From Candidatus Omnitrophota bacterium (lineage in GTDB: Bacteria; Omnitrophota; Gorgyraeia; Duberdicusellales; 4484-171): a DNA stretch of 64,000 nt. The stretch lies in contig PMCS01000025.1 of assembly GCA_003154195.1 (NCBI GenBank), forward strand, positions 16,662 to 80,661, in the 5' to 3' direction. The notes under the pieces are model-generated. The model did no database searches. It was not told the origin of the DNA and worked only from the letters and a program-made list of their open reading frames with translations. Shown here in pieces: positions 25,521-34,857 of this stretch (position 1 is the stretch's first letter; every line of letters starts with the position of its first letter). The position numbers and the translations under genes were made by a program.

Positions 25521-27065
25521 TTATTCTCTTGAATTATTTTTATTCATACCAACAATTTTCAGGAATACGTCCACAATCTTCGGATCAAAATGTTTTCCCG
25601 TTTGTTCCCGGATTATCTTAATCGCCGCTTGTTTATTAAACGCTTTTCGGTAGGGACGGTTGCTGATCAGCGCCTGATAAACATCGGCCACGGCGATAAT
25701 GCGCGCGCCTAAAGGAATTTCTTCGCCTTTTAATCCTAAAGGATAGCCCGAACCGTCAAAACGCTCATGATGATATAGAATCGCCGGAATCGTTCCCCTT
25801 AACGCGTGGATCTCCCGTAAAATCTCCGTGGCAATCCAGGGATGAGTCTTGACCACCTCTCTCTCTTCTTTATTCAAAGGCCCTTTTTTTGCCAGAATAC
25901 TCTCATCGATGCCGACCTTGCCTAAATCATGCAAAATGGCCGCGCGTTTTACATTTTCTATTTCATCGCTGGGCACGGACAACTCCCGGGCAATTTTTTC
26001 GGCGATTACCGCCGTTGACTCCGTATGTTTGGCGGTATACGCATCCTTTACCTCAATCGCTTTAGCAAAACCGTAAATCATCTCCAGCAGATCCCGCGTG
26101 AGCAAAGAATCCATTTTTTTGATTCTCTCCTGCAATTCATCAACGCTTGCCTCTTCTTTTTCGCGGCAAACAATATTATAGGCGACGGGAGAATAGGGAA
26201 TGATTACGTTGCCGCCCTTGCCCTTAGCGGTCGCCAGGCATTTGGTTAAAGCATTAACCACATCGGCAGTATTAACGACATTATCCTGCGGGAAGGAAAC
26301 AAAAGCAATGCTCGCGTGAATACTCAAACTTAATTTTTTATACTTAAATTTGTGGCCGGCGATTTTATTTTTTATTCTCCGGGCAACCCGATAAGCATTA
26401 TCGCTCGATATATAAGGCATGATAATAAAAAATTCATCGTCGCGCCAGCGGCTGACAATATCTTCTTTTCGCAAAATCTTTTTTATAATTTTCACCATAT
26501 CGGAGATCATGCTGTCGGCGACTTTAATCCCGTAGAGTTCGTTTACCTGGCGAAAATAATCGATATCCACGGCGATGAACGAAAGATTGTAAAAATGCCG
26601 CCGGGCGCGGCTTAATTCCTGTTGGGAACGATGGACAAAATAACGCCAATTATAACAATCGCAGGAAGGATCGACTAAGGTAATTTTTTCAAGTTTTTTA
26701 TCTTTACTCAGAATACCGCGCTCTAGATTAAGTATCTTCCGGCGGGAAGCCACAACCCCCCACGCGCGGTGTATCTTGAAAAGAACCTTTTCCTTAGAAT
26801 GCCCGTCGACCAGATAATCGAGAAAACCAAACTTCCCAGTTAATTCAAAGTTATTTTCTCCCTCCCGGGAAAAATTAATAAAACAAACCTTATCCTGCAA
26901 CAGCTGCAGATTGATTTGTTTATTTTTCACCGCATCTTCGCTGAAAATAACAAGGGGGTAATCTTTTTTATACACATCTTTTATCCGGCGGGTGACGACC
27001 AGAGGAAGGAAGGGGAAGGGTTTATTCTTTAACGGTTTATCAGCGCAGTATAAAATTTTTTGCAT
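25521..27065 (-). CDS. HD-GYP c-di-GMP phosphodiesterase with degenerate GGDEF domain
   Basis: The GGDEF-like domain has RWRDDEFF in place of GGDEF. The C-terminal HD-GYP domain carries ILHDLGK ... HHERFDGSGYPLGL. Confidence 0.8.
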   Translation of the reverse strand: MQKILYCADKPLKNKPFPFLPLVVTRRIKDVYKKDYPLVIFSEDAVKNKQINLQLLQDKVCFINFSREGENNFELTGKFGFLDYLVDGHSKEKVLFKIHRAWGVVASRRKILNLERGILSKDKKLEKITLVDPSCDCYNWRYFVHRSQQELSRARRHFYNLSFIAVDIDYFRQVNELYGIKVADSMISDMVKIIKKILRKEDIVSRWRDDEFFIIMPYISSDNAYRVARRIKNKIAGHKFKYKKLSLSIHASIAFVSFPQDNVVNTADVVNALTKCLATAKGKGGNVIIPYSPVAYNIVCREKEEASVDELQERIKKMDSLLTRDLLEMIYGFAKAIEVKDAYTAKHTESTAVIAEKIARELSVPSDEIENVKRAAILHDLGKVGIDESILAKKGPLNKEEREVVKTHPWIATEILREIHALRGTIPAILYHHERFDGSGYPLGLKGEEIPLGARIIAVADVYQALISNRPYRKAFNKQAAIKIIREQTGKHFDPKIVDVFLKIVGMNKNNSRE

Positions 27066-27136
27066 AGCTGAAATATTTTACCATAGCTATGCTTTTTTGC
27101 AAGCAGTCTTGCCGCTGAACACGGTCATCCCGGCTT

Positions 27137-27532
27137 TCAAATTTTAGTACCCGCGCCTTTCGCGCGAAGCAAATCCGTTAAGCGGGCATACTGCGCAGAA
27201 TCGCCGTCATAAAATTCCAGGCCGACACGATAGCGGGGGATCCAGAGGGAAGAAGCAGTTTCCTTGCACCACACAACCTTGCCGATAAGCTTTATGGGAT
27301 CGGCCATTCCGGAGGAATAAAGACAAAAATATAAATGGCTGGCCGGTTCTATCTTTTCATTGGAAAAAAAGCACAGCCCTATCGGCCCGAGATCTTTGAG
27401 AAACGAAATACGGGCAGTAGACTTTCTGATTAAAGAATATTCAAACAAAGAACTCTCCTCTACCCTCGAAAACTCGCGGCGCTCCGCCCCTGCATAATCG
27501 CACCTGGAAGGAGTCATGGTTAAGTATACCAC
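27137..27532 (-). CDS. PilZ-domain protein (c-di-GMP receptor)
   Basis: RREFSR matches RRxxxR, and DLGPIG matches a D.S..G-like motif. The protein is 131 aa. Confidence 0.5.
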   Translation of the reverse strand: MVYLTMTPSRCDYAGAERREFSRVEESSLFEYSLIRKSTARISFLKDLGPIGLCFFSNEKIEPASHLYFCLYSSGMADPIKLIGKVVWCKETASSLWIPRYRVGLEFYDGDSAQYARLTDLLRAKGAGTKI

Positions 27533-27984
27533 GCCTCAAAAATGAATACCAATGCCGAAACGCAAAAAAATACCACGCCGCCGGGCAGGGAGATAACTTT
27601 TCGCCCAGACCAGAAAATGCGCAGCTCATTAAATTACAACGGGTTAAGCCCGATTAACCTGCTAAAAAAACGGTTGCTGTAAGCGTTTTCCTGAATTTTA
27701 TTTTTTGATGCGAAAAAAAGGATGGTATTGCAGTATGGAAGTACCGGACAAGTTTCACAGCGCACGCTACACATGCGCTCGCGATGAAGCCTCACTCATT
27801 ACCTCCCTATCGGGATAATTCAACTATAACCGGGATACCGGTCAAGTTTCATTACAAAATCTGAAGTCGCGCTTCGCGCTCCAACGATTTTGGCAATGAA
27901 GCCTGCCCTATACTCAGGGCATAGCTGAATTGATTCGGCTACAGCCTCACCCCTTCGCTCCGCTCAGGGGTAATTCGACTACAT

Positions 27985-28017
27985 CCAGCACTAATTTCAT
28001 TTTGAAATCAGTGCTGG
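27985..28017. repeat. Palindromic element CCAGCACT(A/G)AT-N11-ATCAGTGCTGG, 3' of cNMP-binding gene copy 1
   Basis: An 11-bp inverted repeat. The same motif recurs 3' of the paralogous gene at 28578-28614. Confidence 0.8.
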
Positions 28018-28030
28018 ATAAGTCTCATTA

Positions 28031-28540
28031 TTAAAATATCAAACCGCCGCCGGGCATATTTTTACGCCGGAGCCGGTGGGACATCTCGCTCATCATCTGA
28101 TACAGGATTTTTGCCGCGATTTGCGGCTTCTGATTAAATAATTTATTGAACTCGTTACGGCTGATTTCTAAAACCGACACTTCCTCCACCGCCGTCGCAG
28201 TCGCAGTCCTTAAGGCGTATTCAAAAAGGGTAATCTCGCCGAAAAATTCGCCCGACGAAAACGTAATAATTTCTTTTTCCCGGCCGGCTTCCTGTATGCT
28301 TATCTTTACCGTACCGTTCTTGATTACATACATCGTTTCGCCTTTTTCTTTTTCGCTGAAGATTTTCATTCCTCCGGCATACATCTTTTCATGAAAAAAT
28401 TCGATTGCATCATCCAATTCCTCAACGGTTAATAATTGAAATAAAAATAATTCTTTCAATTCGTTTATTCTTTTCTGCTCCATATATCCTCCCTGCCTCA
28501 TTCCCCCCTTCGGAGCAATGAATCTTGGCCTGCCGTTCAC
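28031..28540 (-). CDS. Stand-alone cyclic-nucleotide-binding (CNB) domain protein
   Basis: cNMP-binding beta-barrel with GEITLF and the phosphate-binding-cassette RTATA. There is no HTH or effector domain. The true start is probably Met20 (28483). Confidence 0.75.
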   Translation of the reverse strand: MNGRPRFIAPKGGMRQGGYMEQKRINELKELFLFQLLTVEELDDAIEFFHEKMYAGGMKIFSEKEKGETMYVIKNGTVKISIQEAGREKEIITFSSGEFFGEITLFEYALRTATATAVEEVSVLEISRNEFNKLFNQKPQIAAKILYQMMSEMSHRLRRKNMPGGGLIF

Positions 28541-28577
28541 GGCAAGGCTTAATTACATTATCGACTGAGTCTCATTA

Positions 28578-28614
28578 CCCAGCACTAATTTTGCTACACA
28601 AAATTAGTGCTGGG
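28578..28614. repeat. Palindromic element CCCAGCACTAATTTT-N7-AAAATTAGTGCTGGG, 3' of cNMP-binding gene copy 2
   Basis: Perfect 15-bp arms. It is flanked by the same gtctcatta and gtaattcggttacagcctc modules as copy 1. Confidence 0.8.
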
Positions 28615-28670
28615 TAATTCGGTTACAGCCTCTTGCTGCGCCCTGCGGGCTTGCAATCGGCTAAACCTCA

Positions 28671-29126
28671 TTAAATAAAAGCTGCCTCTTCGGGATGCTT
28701 ATCAAGCCGGCGCAGCCGTTTAGCCATATTTTGTATCAGAAAAAAAAGTATCTTAACTCCAATCGCGGAATGCGAAGAAATAAAATCGACGAATTCATTG
28801 CGCCGGATTTCTAAAAGTGAAGCCTCTTCGACGGCAACGGCGGAAGCGGTGCGCAAAACATAGCCGAACAAGGCAATTTCTCCGAACGTACCTCCGGAAC
28901 TTAACACGACCATTTCTGTTGTTTCCCCCTCCCGCTGCTTAGTGATTTTTACCGAACCGCTTTTGATTACATACATCGTATCGCCCTCATCTTTTTCGGA
29001 AAAGATTTTATCACCGGAAGAAACTTTCTTTTCGTGTAGAATAGCCGCGATTTGTTCGACTTCCTCATTGGTTAAAGTTTGGAACAGAAATAGCCTTCGT
29101 ATTTCTTCGAGTTGCTTGCCTTCCAT
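28671..29126 (-). CDS. Stand-alone cyclic-nucleotide-binding (CNB) domain protein (paralog)
   Basis: 151 aa, carrying GEIALFGYVLRTASAVA. It is a tandem paralog of 28031..28540. Confidence 0.75.
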   Translation of the reverse strand: MEGKQLEEIRRLFLFQTLTNEEVEQIAAILHEKKVSSGDKIFSEKDEGDTMYVIKSGSVKITKQREGETTEMVVLSSGGTFGEIALFGYVLRTASAVAVEEASLLEIRRNEFVDFISSHSAIGVKILFFLIQNMAKRLRRLDKHPEEAAFI

Positions 29127-29344
29127 AATTATATTTTAGCTTAAAAAATATGTTTATCAACGCTTTATTTGCTGATGCCTGCCTTCCTATAAGTAATACT
29201 TATTTATGGAATAACATGGGGGATCCCCTGGTAGTAAATGGCAGCTGGCGGGATAAAGCTATAACTTGATTGATAATAAATGGTTAGCGATGCCGGCACG
29301 AATACCGGGGAGAAAAAACCGAAAAGGAAAAAATATCTAAAATT

Positions 29345-29809
29345 TTATAGATAATTTTCTCTTGCCGTATTGCTGTTAGCCCATATTTCTCCCGTCGTAG
29401 GATTATATGCCCACCCGCCTGAATTTCCAATAACAGCACCCTTATAACGGCCGGAAGCGTTTACCACATTAGTCACATTATTATTCTCCACAAACAAATT
29501 GTGCGGGAAAGGATCGTTGACAACCGGCGAAACATAAGCGCCCCCACCCCTGCTTACCAGATTATTGGTCATCTCGCTTAAAGTGGGGACATTGCCGGTT
29601 TGGTCATAGCCCTTGACATTGATAGTGCCGTATTGGACGTTTATCCCACTTCTTAACGCGGCAAGAGATCCCGCAATTGCAGCAAGTTTAGCTTGATCAC
29701 GCAAATTAATAAATCTAGGTATCGCTGTAGCCGCTAAAATACCGATAATAACTATAACCATGATCAATTCAATAAGTGTAAAACTTTTTTTAAAAACATT
29801 AAACTTCAT
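29345..29809 (-). CDS. Prepilin-type N-terminal cleavage/methylation domain protein (T2SS pseudopilin / type IV pilin-like)
   Basis: KKSFTLIELIMVIVIIGILAATAIP is a class III signal, with S in place of the usual G at the cleavage site. The protein is 154 aa. Confidence 0.7.
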   Translation of the reverse strand: MKFNVFKKSFTLIELIMVIVIIGILAATAIPRFINLRDQAKLAAIAGSLAALRSGINVQYGTINVKGYDQTGNVPTLSEMTNNLVSRGGGAYVSPVVNDPFPHNLFVENNNVTNVVNASGRYKGAVIGNSGGWAYNPTTGEIWANSNTARENYL

Positions 29810-29933
29810 ATACCCCCCCTTCCTTTAGCAAAGTTGAATAATCAACTGTCGGAGTTTTCGTCTCCGGCATGCGTACTATAATTTTAACCGAAAAAATAGG
29901 TTTCGCAAACAAAAAAATAGCAACGAATGTATA

Positions 29934-32117
29934 TTATCTCCGCGGCACAGCACTTAGCCTTGCAATATTTTTGAGAACAATCGGATCATCGGGGTTGGTT
30001 TTTAAAACTTCCGAAAATTCTTTTTCCGCCTTTTCGTATAATCCCTGCCGGGCATAAACAACCCCGAGATTGACTCTTGCGTTAATGTTCCAGGGCCGGA
30101 CGTTCAACAGCTTGAGGTACCATTTCTCCGCTTGTTCGTATTGGCCATACAGCAGGCATATCCCGGCCATATCGTAATACGCTCCGTTTAAGCCGCCGCC
30201 AAATTTAATCGCGTCGCGGTAGCATTTAACTGCCAGGCCGATATTGTTCCGGCGATAATAAAGCGCGCCAAGATTAAGGCTGGCTAAAACCGAATGCGGA
30301 TTTATCTTTAAAGCGTTTTTGTATGAATCACCAGCCGACAAAAAATCGTTTTCCCTTGAATGGATTATCCCCAGGTTAATATATATATTCTCATCAAAAG
30401 AATCATAGATAAGAGCCTTCGTATAATTTTGTTTAGCTTTCTCGAAAACGGCAAACCGGGCAAAAAAATTACCTCGCCGGGAATATATCCGGGATAATAA
30501 TTTTGGGGAAAGGCCCCCTAAACTGCCGATATCGCTAAAATCGGAAGAAGCAACATCGATTCGATAGTTTTTAATAATTTTTTTATTTTCCTCTGAATCT
30601 TTAACAAAAACCACGGCGACATCGTCAAAGTACACAAGTTTCCACCCGGAATCAGAATAGAGATAGGTTAATAATTTGTCCAGGCCTTCTTCCACGTGAG
30701 ATAACAAAACGTAATTTATATTGTATTTTTTAACTATTTTTGGCCAAAGCCCGGGATCCTCGAGCAGCCGCACGTATTCCGTATAAAATTCCTCGCTATG
30801 CACCTCCAGCCTGCCGTCTAAGAATACTTTACGTTCGGGATAAAAACGCCAGATAAGATAATTTCCGCTTTGGAGGTCATTAAAAATGTTGCCCTTCAGG
30901 GAAGCTTTTTCCACAAAAGAAACCGCGGCGTCCGGATACTTAAATGGCGCCATGCCAAGATAAAAGCTCTTTTCGGTATTGCCCCGAATACGCTCTCCTC
31001 CTCCGGAGAGGTCGATTATACCAAGCGCTGTGATAACAGCGATAATACACGAACCGGCAAAACGGATATCGCCGCGCGCCAGGAATTCCTTTACCCGTCC
31101 CCTTACCGCCTGGCACAGGTTCTCCGTTATAATCGGAACGCACACTAAGGCGAACGGCGGAATATTGCGCCGGGCTAAAAAAGAAAGGCCGAAAAAAAAT
31201 GAATAAGATATCAGGTGGGGCCAGGAAAGACGGCGCGAATTAATCAACATCGCCGCGAAGGACAACGCCAGGATAGATTTATAAAAAAGGATGGTGGTGT
31301 TCGGGCAAAAAGAAGAAAAAGGCGGCTGGATTTCTCCTACGGGCAATTCTCCGACCGCAGAAAATATTTTGATGCTGCCGTTGATCCTGTCCAAAAGCGT
31401 AAAAGGAAAAATAAAAGCACGGTAGGTGTAAGGGTTCAGAAAAGAGACGACAGTTATAAGCGCTGCGGCAACCAAAAGACGCCGGTAGTCTTCCCCTTCT
31501 ATACGGCAAGCCTTATCGTTTAAAACCGGTAATTTTACGCGCGAGCTTAAGGTTTCGCCTAAAACATACGAATAAACCAGCACGATTCCCAGGATAAACA
31601 ACGCATGGCTGTTAACCCAGAACAGTTGTACCAGGGGCAGAAGATAAATGTAATTTTTATTGTATCCGGAGCCGGCGTATTTATAACGGTGCAAAACGTA
31701 GACAAATATACTCAGGTAAAAATAGCTGAATACTTCCGGACGCAAAGAACCTCTTTCCCACAGGCATAGCGCGGCAAGAAAAACCGCTGCGGCGGTAAAA
31801 AAATATTCGCCAGGGCCGTATACAGCCTTGAAGATAATTAAAAAAATCGACAGGACAACCAGGGCATTAAACAAAATCAATCCGCTGCAGCCGGAATATT
31901 TGTATACCAGGAAAAGTATTGCCTGAAACAACCACTGCATATCCATCCAAGGTTTACCTACCGAGGTATAGGAATATAAATCGGTATGGGGAATTTTAAA
32001 ATTTTGGATAATATACTGGCCGGTCTTAAGGTGCCACCACAAGTCGAAAGACTGAATATCGTGGACGAACAGCAGGAAGATAAACAAGAAGAGTAAAAAT
32101 ATAGAAAAACGTTTCAT
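29934..32117 (-). CDS. Polytopic membrane protein with C-terminal TPR repeats (TMTC/PMT-like GT-C fold candidate)
   Basis: About 13 TM segments followed by 6 or more TPR units. It is a paralog of 32311..34461. Confidence 0.6.
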   Translation of the reverse strand: MKRFSIFLLFLFIFLLFVHDIQSFDLWWHLKTGQYIIQNFKIPHTDLYSYTSVGKPWMDMQWLFQAILFLVYKYSGCSGLILFNALVVLSIFLIIFKAVYGPGEYFFTAAAVFLAALCLWERGSLRPEVFSYFYLSIFVYVLHRYKYAGSGYNKNYIYLLPLVQLFWVNSHALFILGIVLVYSYVLGETLSSRVKLPVLNDKACRIEGEDYRRLLVAAALITVVSFLNPYTYRAFIFPFTLLDRINGSIKIFSAVGELPVGEIQPPFSSFCPNTTILFYKSILALSFAAMLINSRRLSWPHLISYSFFFGLSFLARRNIPPFALVCVPIITENLCQAVRGRVKEFLARGDIRFAGSCIIAVITALGIIDLSGGGERIRGNTEKSFYLGMAPFKYPDAAVSFVEKASLKGNIFNDLQSGNYLIWRFYPERKVFLDGRLEVHSEEFYTEYVRLLEDPGLWPKIVKKYNINYVLLSHVEEGLDKLLTYLYSDSGWKLVYFDDVAVVFVKDSEENKKIIKNYRIDVASSDFSDIGSLGGLSPKLLSRIYSRRGNFFARFAVFEKAKQNYTKALIYDSFDENIYINLGIIHSRENDFLSAGDSYKNALKINPHSVLASLNLGALYYRRNNIGLAVKCYRDAIKFGGGLNGAYYDMAGICLLYGQYEQAEKWYLKLLNVRPWNINARVNLGVVYARQGLYEKAEKEFSEVLKTNPDDPIVLKNIARLSAVPRR

Positions 32118-32240
32118 TGTAGATATTTTACAATAAAGCGCGTAAAATCCAATAGGATTATATATTCAGGGCGGTCAGACTCGCTTATCCCATTAGCCGT
32201 AATAAAATCTGGTCCACCATAAACGACGGGACTTGGTTTT

Positions 32241-32254
32241 ATTATACCCCCCCC
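32241..32254 (-). promoter_or_regulatory. Poly-G8 tract abutting a TATAAT -10 box upstream of 29934..32117
   Basis: The minus strand reads GGCGGGC-GGGGGGGG-TATAAT, about 125 bp upstream of the ATG. The homopolymer sits in the promoter spacer. Confidence 0.4.
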
Positions 32255-32310
32255 GCCCGCCTACCGGCGGGGACGAAAGCAAGACGGGACGTCGCCCCGC
32301 GGGGCTCCAG

Positions 32311-34461
32311 TCAAGGAGTTTTATCCAATAATCTTAAATTCTTTAACGCCGCTTTATTGCCGGGATCGGACGCCAGGATTTTTAAAAATTGCCGGCGCGC
32401 TTTATCCGGCCGGCCTTCTTTCGCATAGAGCACACCGAGGTTTATCATCGTATCGATATGCCATGGCCGTATTCTTAACGCTTGCAAATACAAACTTTCG
32501 GCACGCTCATATTGCCCGTAGGCCATGCCGATGCCTGCGGCGTTAAAATACGCTTCGGCAAAGGAATGATCCGCCATGGCGGCCCGCTGAAAATAGTTCA
32601 AAGCCATACCGGTTTCTCCCCGGCCATAATAAAGATTACCCAGATTAAACAGCGCGCGCGAAGAACGGGAAACTATACTTAAAGCTGTTTCGTACTCTTC
32701 GATCGCTTCTTCGTAACGCCAAGCATTTTGATACAGTATGCCCATGTTTATGTATACCGCGTTATCGTAAGGTTTGAATATCAGGGATTTTACATAATTG
32801 TCGCGCGCCTTGTCGTAAATACCCAGCCGGGCGAAAAGATTACCGCGGGAAAAATAGATAGAGGCTTTGTCCCCGTCATCGAATGCAATGGTATCGTCTG
32901 ATGAAAAATCGGCAAACACCGGGAAGATTTCGCAGCCCCTTATCGTCGCGCTATTTTCCGGAGAATCCTTTAAAAAAACTACGGATAGGTCGTCGCAAAA
33001 AACCAATTTCCACCGCGGGCTATGATAAAGATAAACCAGCAACTTATCCATGTCGGCGTCGCGATGAGAAAACAAAGCGTAATTTATGGAATATTTTTGC
33101 GAAAAACTTTCCCATAACAAAGGTTGTTCCAGAAGGCGCACGTATCCGGCATAAAAATCGGTGCCGTGAACTTCCAACCGGCCGTCAAAAAGTACCTTTC
33201 GTCCGGGGTAAAAACGCCATATAAGATAACCGCCGCTTTGCAGGTCGTTAAACATATTACCTTTCAATCCGTGCCTGAGTACAAAGGAAGCCGCTCCTTC
33301 GGGAAATTTAAAAGGCGCTATTCCCAAAGATAATTTTCTCTCGATATCATCGCGGATAATCCGGCCGTTATAAATAAGGTCGTTAATGCAAAAAAGCAAT
33401 ACCAGCGAAAATACAAAGAGCGATACCAGCTGAACCGTTTTATGGAAACGGAAAGCACTTTTGCGGTTTTCCAGAAATTGGCATAAATTCTCCGCGGTAA
33501 CCGGCAGGCATACCAGGGCAAAAAGGGCTATATTGCGCCTGGCCAGTAATGATAAGCATAAAAACACGCCGTAAAGTATAAGGTGCGAAAAAGAAAGGCG
33601 CTTCACATTAAGCGCAAAGCATAATGCCGAAACAAATATAAGTATTTTGTAAAAACCAATCGCTCCGCCACGGCAAAGATAAGAAAAAGAAGGGTTTAAC
33701 TCCCCTATCGTCAGCGCTAAAACCTTAAATTGGCCGCTCATATGCGTAAACAATGTATAAGGAAATAATGCGCCTTTGAAGCCGTAAGGATTAATAAAAA
33801 GAACAATTAAGCTTAAAGCCGCGGCAAGCGTAAGATGAAAATAACTGCGGCCGGTTATTATCCTGCCTTCCTTGAAAAACGGCAAACGGTTTTTGGCGGA
33901 TAAGAATTCCCCCAGTACAAATGACCACATTATCACCGCACCGAGCATAAATAGCCCGTGGCTGTTGACCCATAAAAGTTGTATCACAGGGATGAGATAA
34001 ATATATTTGCCGGCAGAAGAATATTTGTAGCGGTGCAAAATATACAAAAAAGCAGCTAAATATAGAAAGGTAAACATTTCCGGCCGGATGTAGGTACGTT
34101 CCCAGAAGGACAGAGCGCAAAGCAACGAAACAGAGATTACGGCAAAAACCCTTTCCGGCCGGTAAACCGATTTAAATAAGATGAAAAACGCCGCCAGAAG
34201 GACCAGCGTTTTAAATAATATAATCCCGGCAATATTGAAAAGTTTATAAACCCCGAAGATAGCCAGCTCGAACAGCCATTGCATATCGATCCAGGATTTC
34301 CCGCAAGAAGCCTGCGAATACATATCGGTATGCGGGACAGCGTGGTTACCGGCAATGTATTTACCGGTAGCGAGATGCCGCCATAGATCATGGGATCGGA
34401 TGTCGTGGGTAAATAATAAAGCAAAAAATAAAAACAGGAAGAATATGGCTAATCGTCGCAT
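32311..34461 (-). CDS. Polytopic membrane protein with C-terminal TPR repeats (paralog)
   Basis: Same architecture as 29934..32117, with similarity along the full length. Confidence 0.6.
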   Translation of the reverse strand: MRRLAIFFLFLFFALLFTHDIRSHDLWRHLATGKYIAGNHAVPHTDMYSQASCGKSWIDMQWLFELAIFGVYKLFNIAGIILFKTLVLLAAFFILFKSVYRPERVFAVISVSLLCALSFWERTYIRPEMFTFLYLAAFLYILHRYKYSSAGKYIYLIPVIQLLWVNSHGLFMLGAVIMWSFVLGEFLSAKNRLPFFKEGRIITGRSYFHLTLAAALSLIVLFINPYGFKGALFPYTLFTHMSGQFKVLALTIGELNPSFSYLCRGGAIGFYKILIFVSALCFALNVKRLSFSHLILYGVFLCLSLLARRNIALFALVCLPVTAENLCQFLENRKSAFRFHKTVQLVSLFVFSLVLLFCINDLIYNGRIIRDDIERKLSLGIAPFKFPEGAASFVLRHGLKGNMFNDLQSGGYLIWRFYPGRKVLFDGRLEVHGTDFYAGYVRLLEQPLLWESFSQKYSINYALFSHRDADMDKLLVYLYHSPRWKLVFCDDLSVVFLKDSPENSATIRGCEIFPVFADFSSDDTIAFDDGDKASIYFSRGNLFARLGIYDKARDNYVKSLIFKPYDNAVYINMGILYQNAWRYEEAIEEYETALSIVSRSSRALFNLGNLYYGRGETGMALNYFQRAAMADHSFAEAYFNAAGIGMAYGQYERAESLYLQALRIRPWHIDTMINLGVLYAKEGRPDKARRQFLKILASDPGNKAALKNLRLLDKTP

Positions 34462-34651
34462 GAATTCCTTTTTTATATATTTCGGTAATATTGTAATATT
34501 TTTCAGGAGGAATGTAAATTAGTTTAAATTTTTTACGTCGCGAAAACAATATAAATTCCTAAACATTCCTAAAATTTTCACGCTTTTTGATATAACCCCT
34601 TGGGATATAAAGAATTAAAAAATAAAAACCAAAAAAGCAACAAATAAAGAT

Positions 34652-34750
34652 TTCCCGCAAAGTTCGCCAAGCAAAGAAAATAATAAGAGAATCGACACCC
34701 TTTGCGAACTTTCTCTCTTCTGGAAGGCTTCGCTCGCCTTTGCGGGAAAA
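34652..34750. repeat. Inverted-repeat element, family E copy 2
   Basis: Perfect terminal inverted repeats tttcccgcaaag / ctttgcgggaaa. The internal segment gcgagcgaagcc is inverted relative to copy 1. Confidence 0.7.
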
Positions 34751-34857
34751 TTTTTGGTTGTTTTCAAAAATGGGTAAACTTCTGGCCTAAATTCCGCTTT
34801 ACTTCCGGTTGCGATACTGCTAAAATTCATTTTTAACTTAGCGCGAGGTTACACCAT

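Noticed and set aside
34615-34830. 71-aa minus-strand ORF
   Set aside because: It coincides with palindromic repeat element E2. Its reading frame is a by-product of the inverted repeats.
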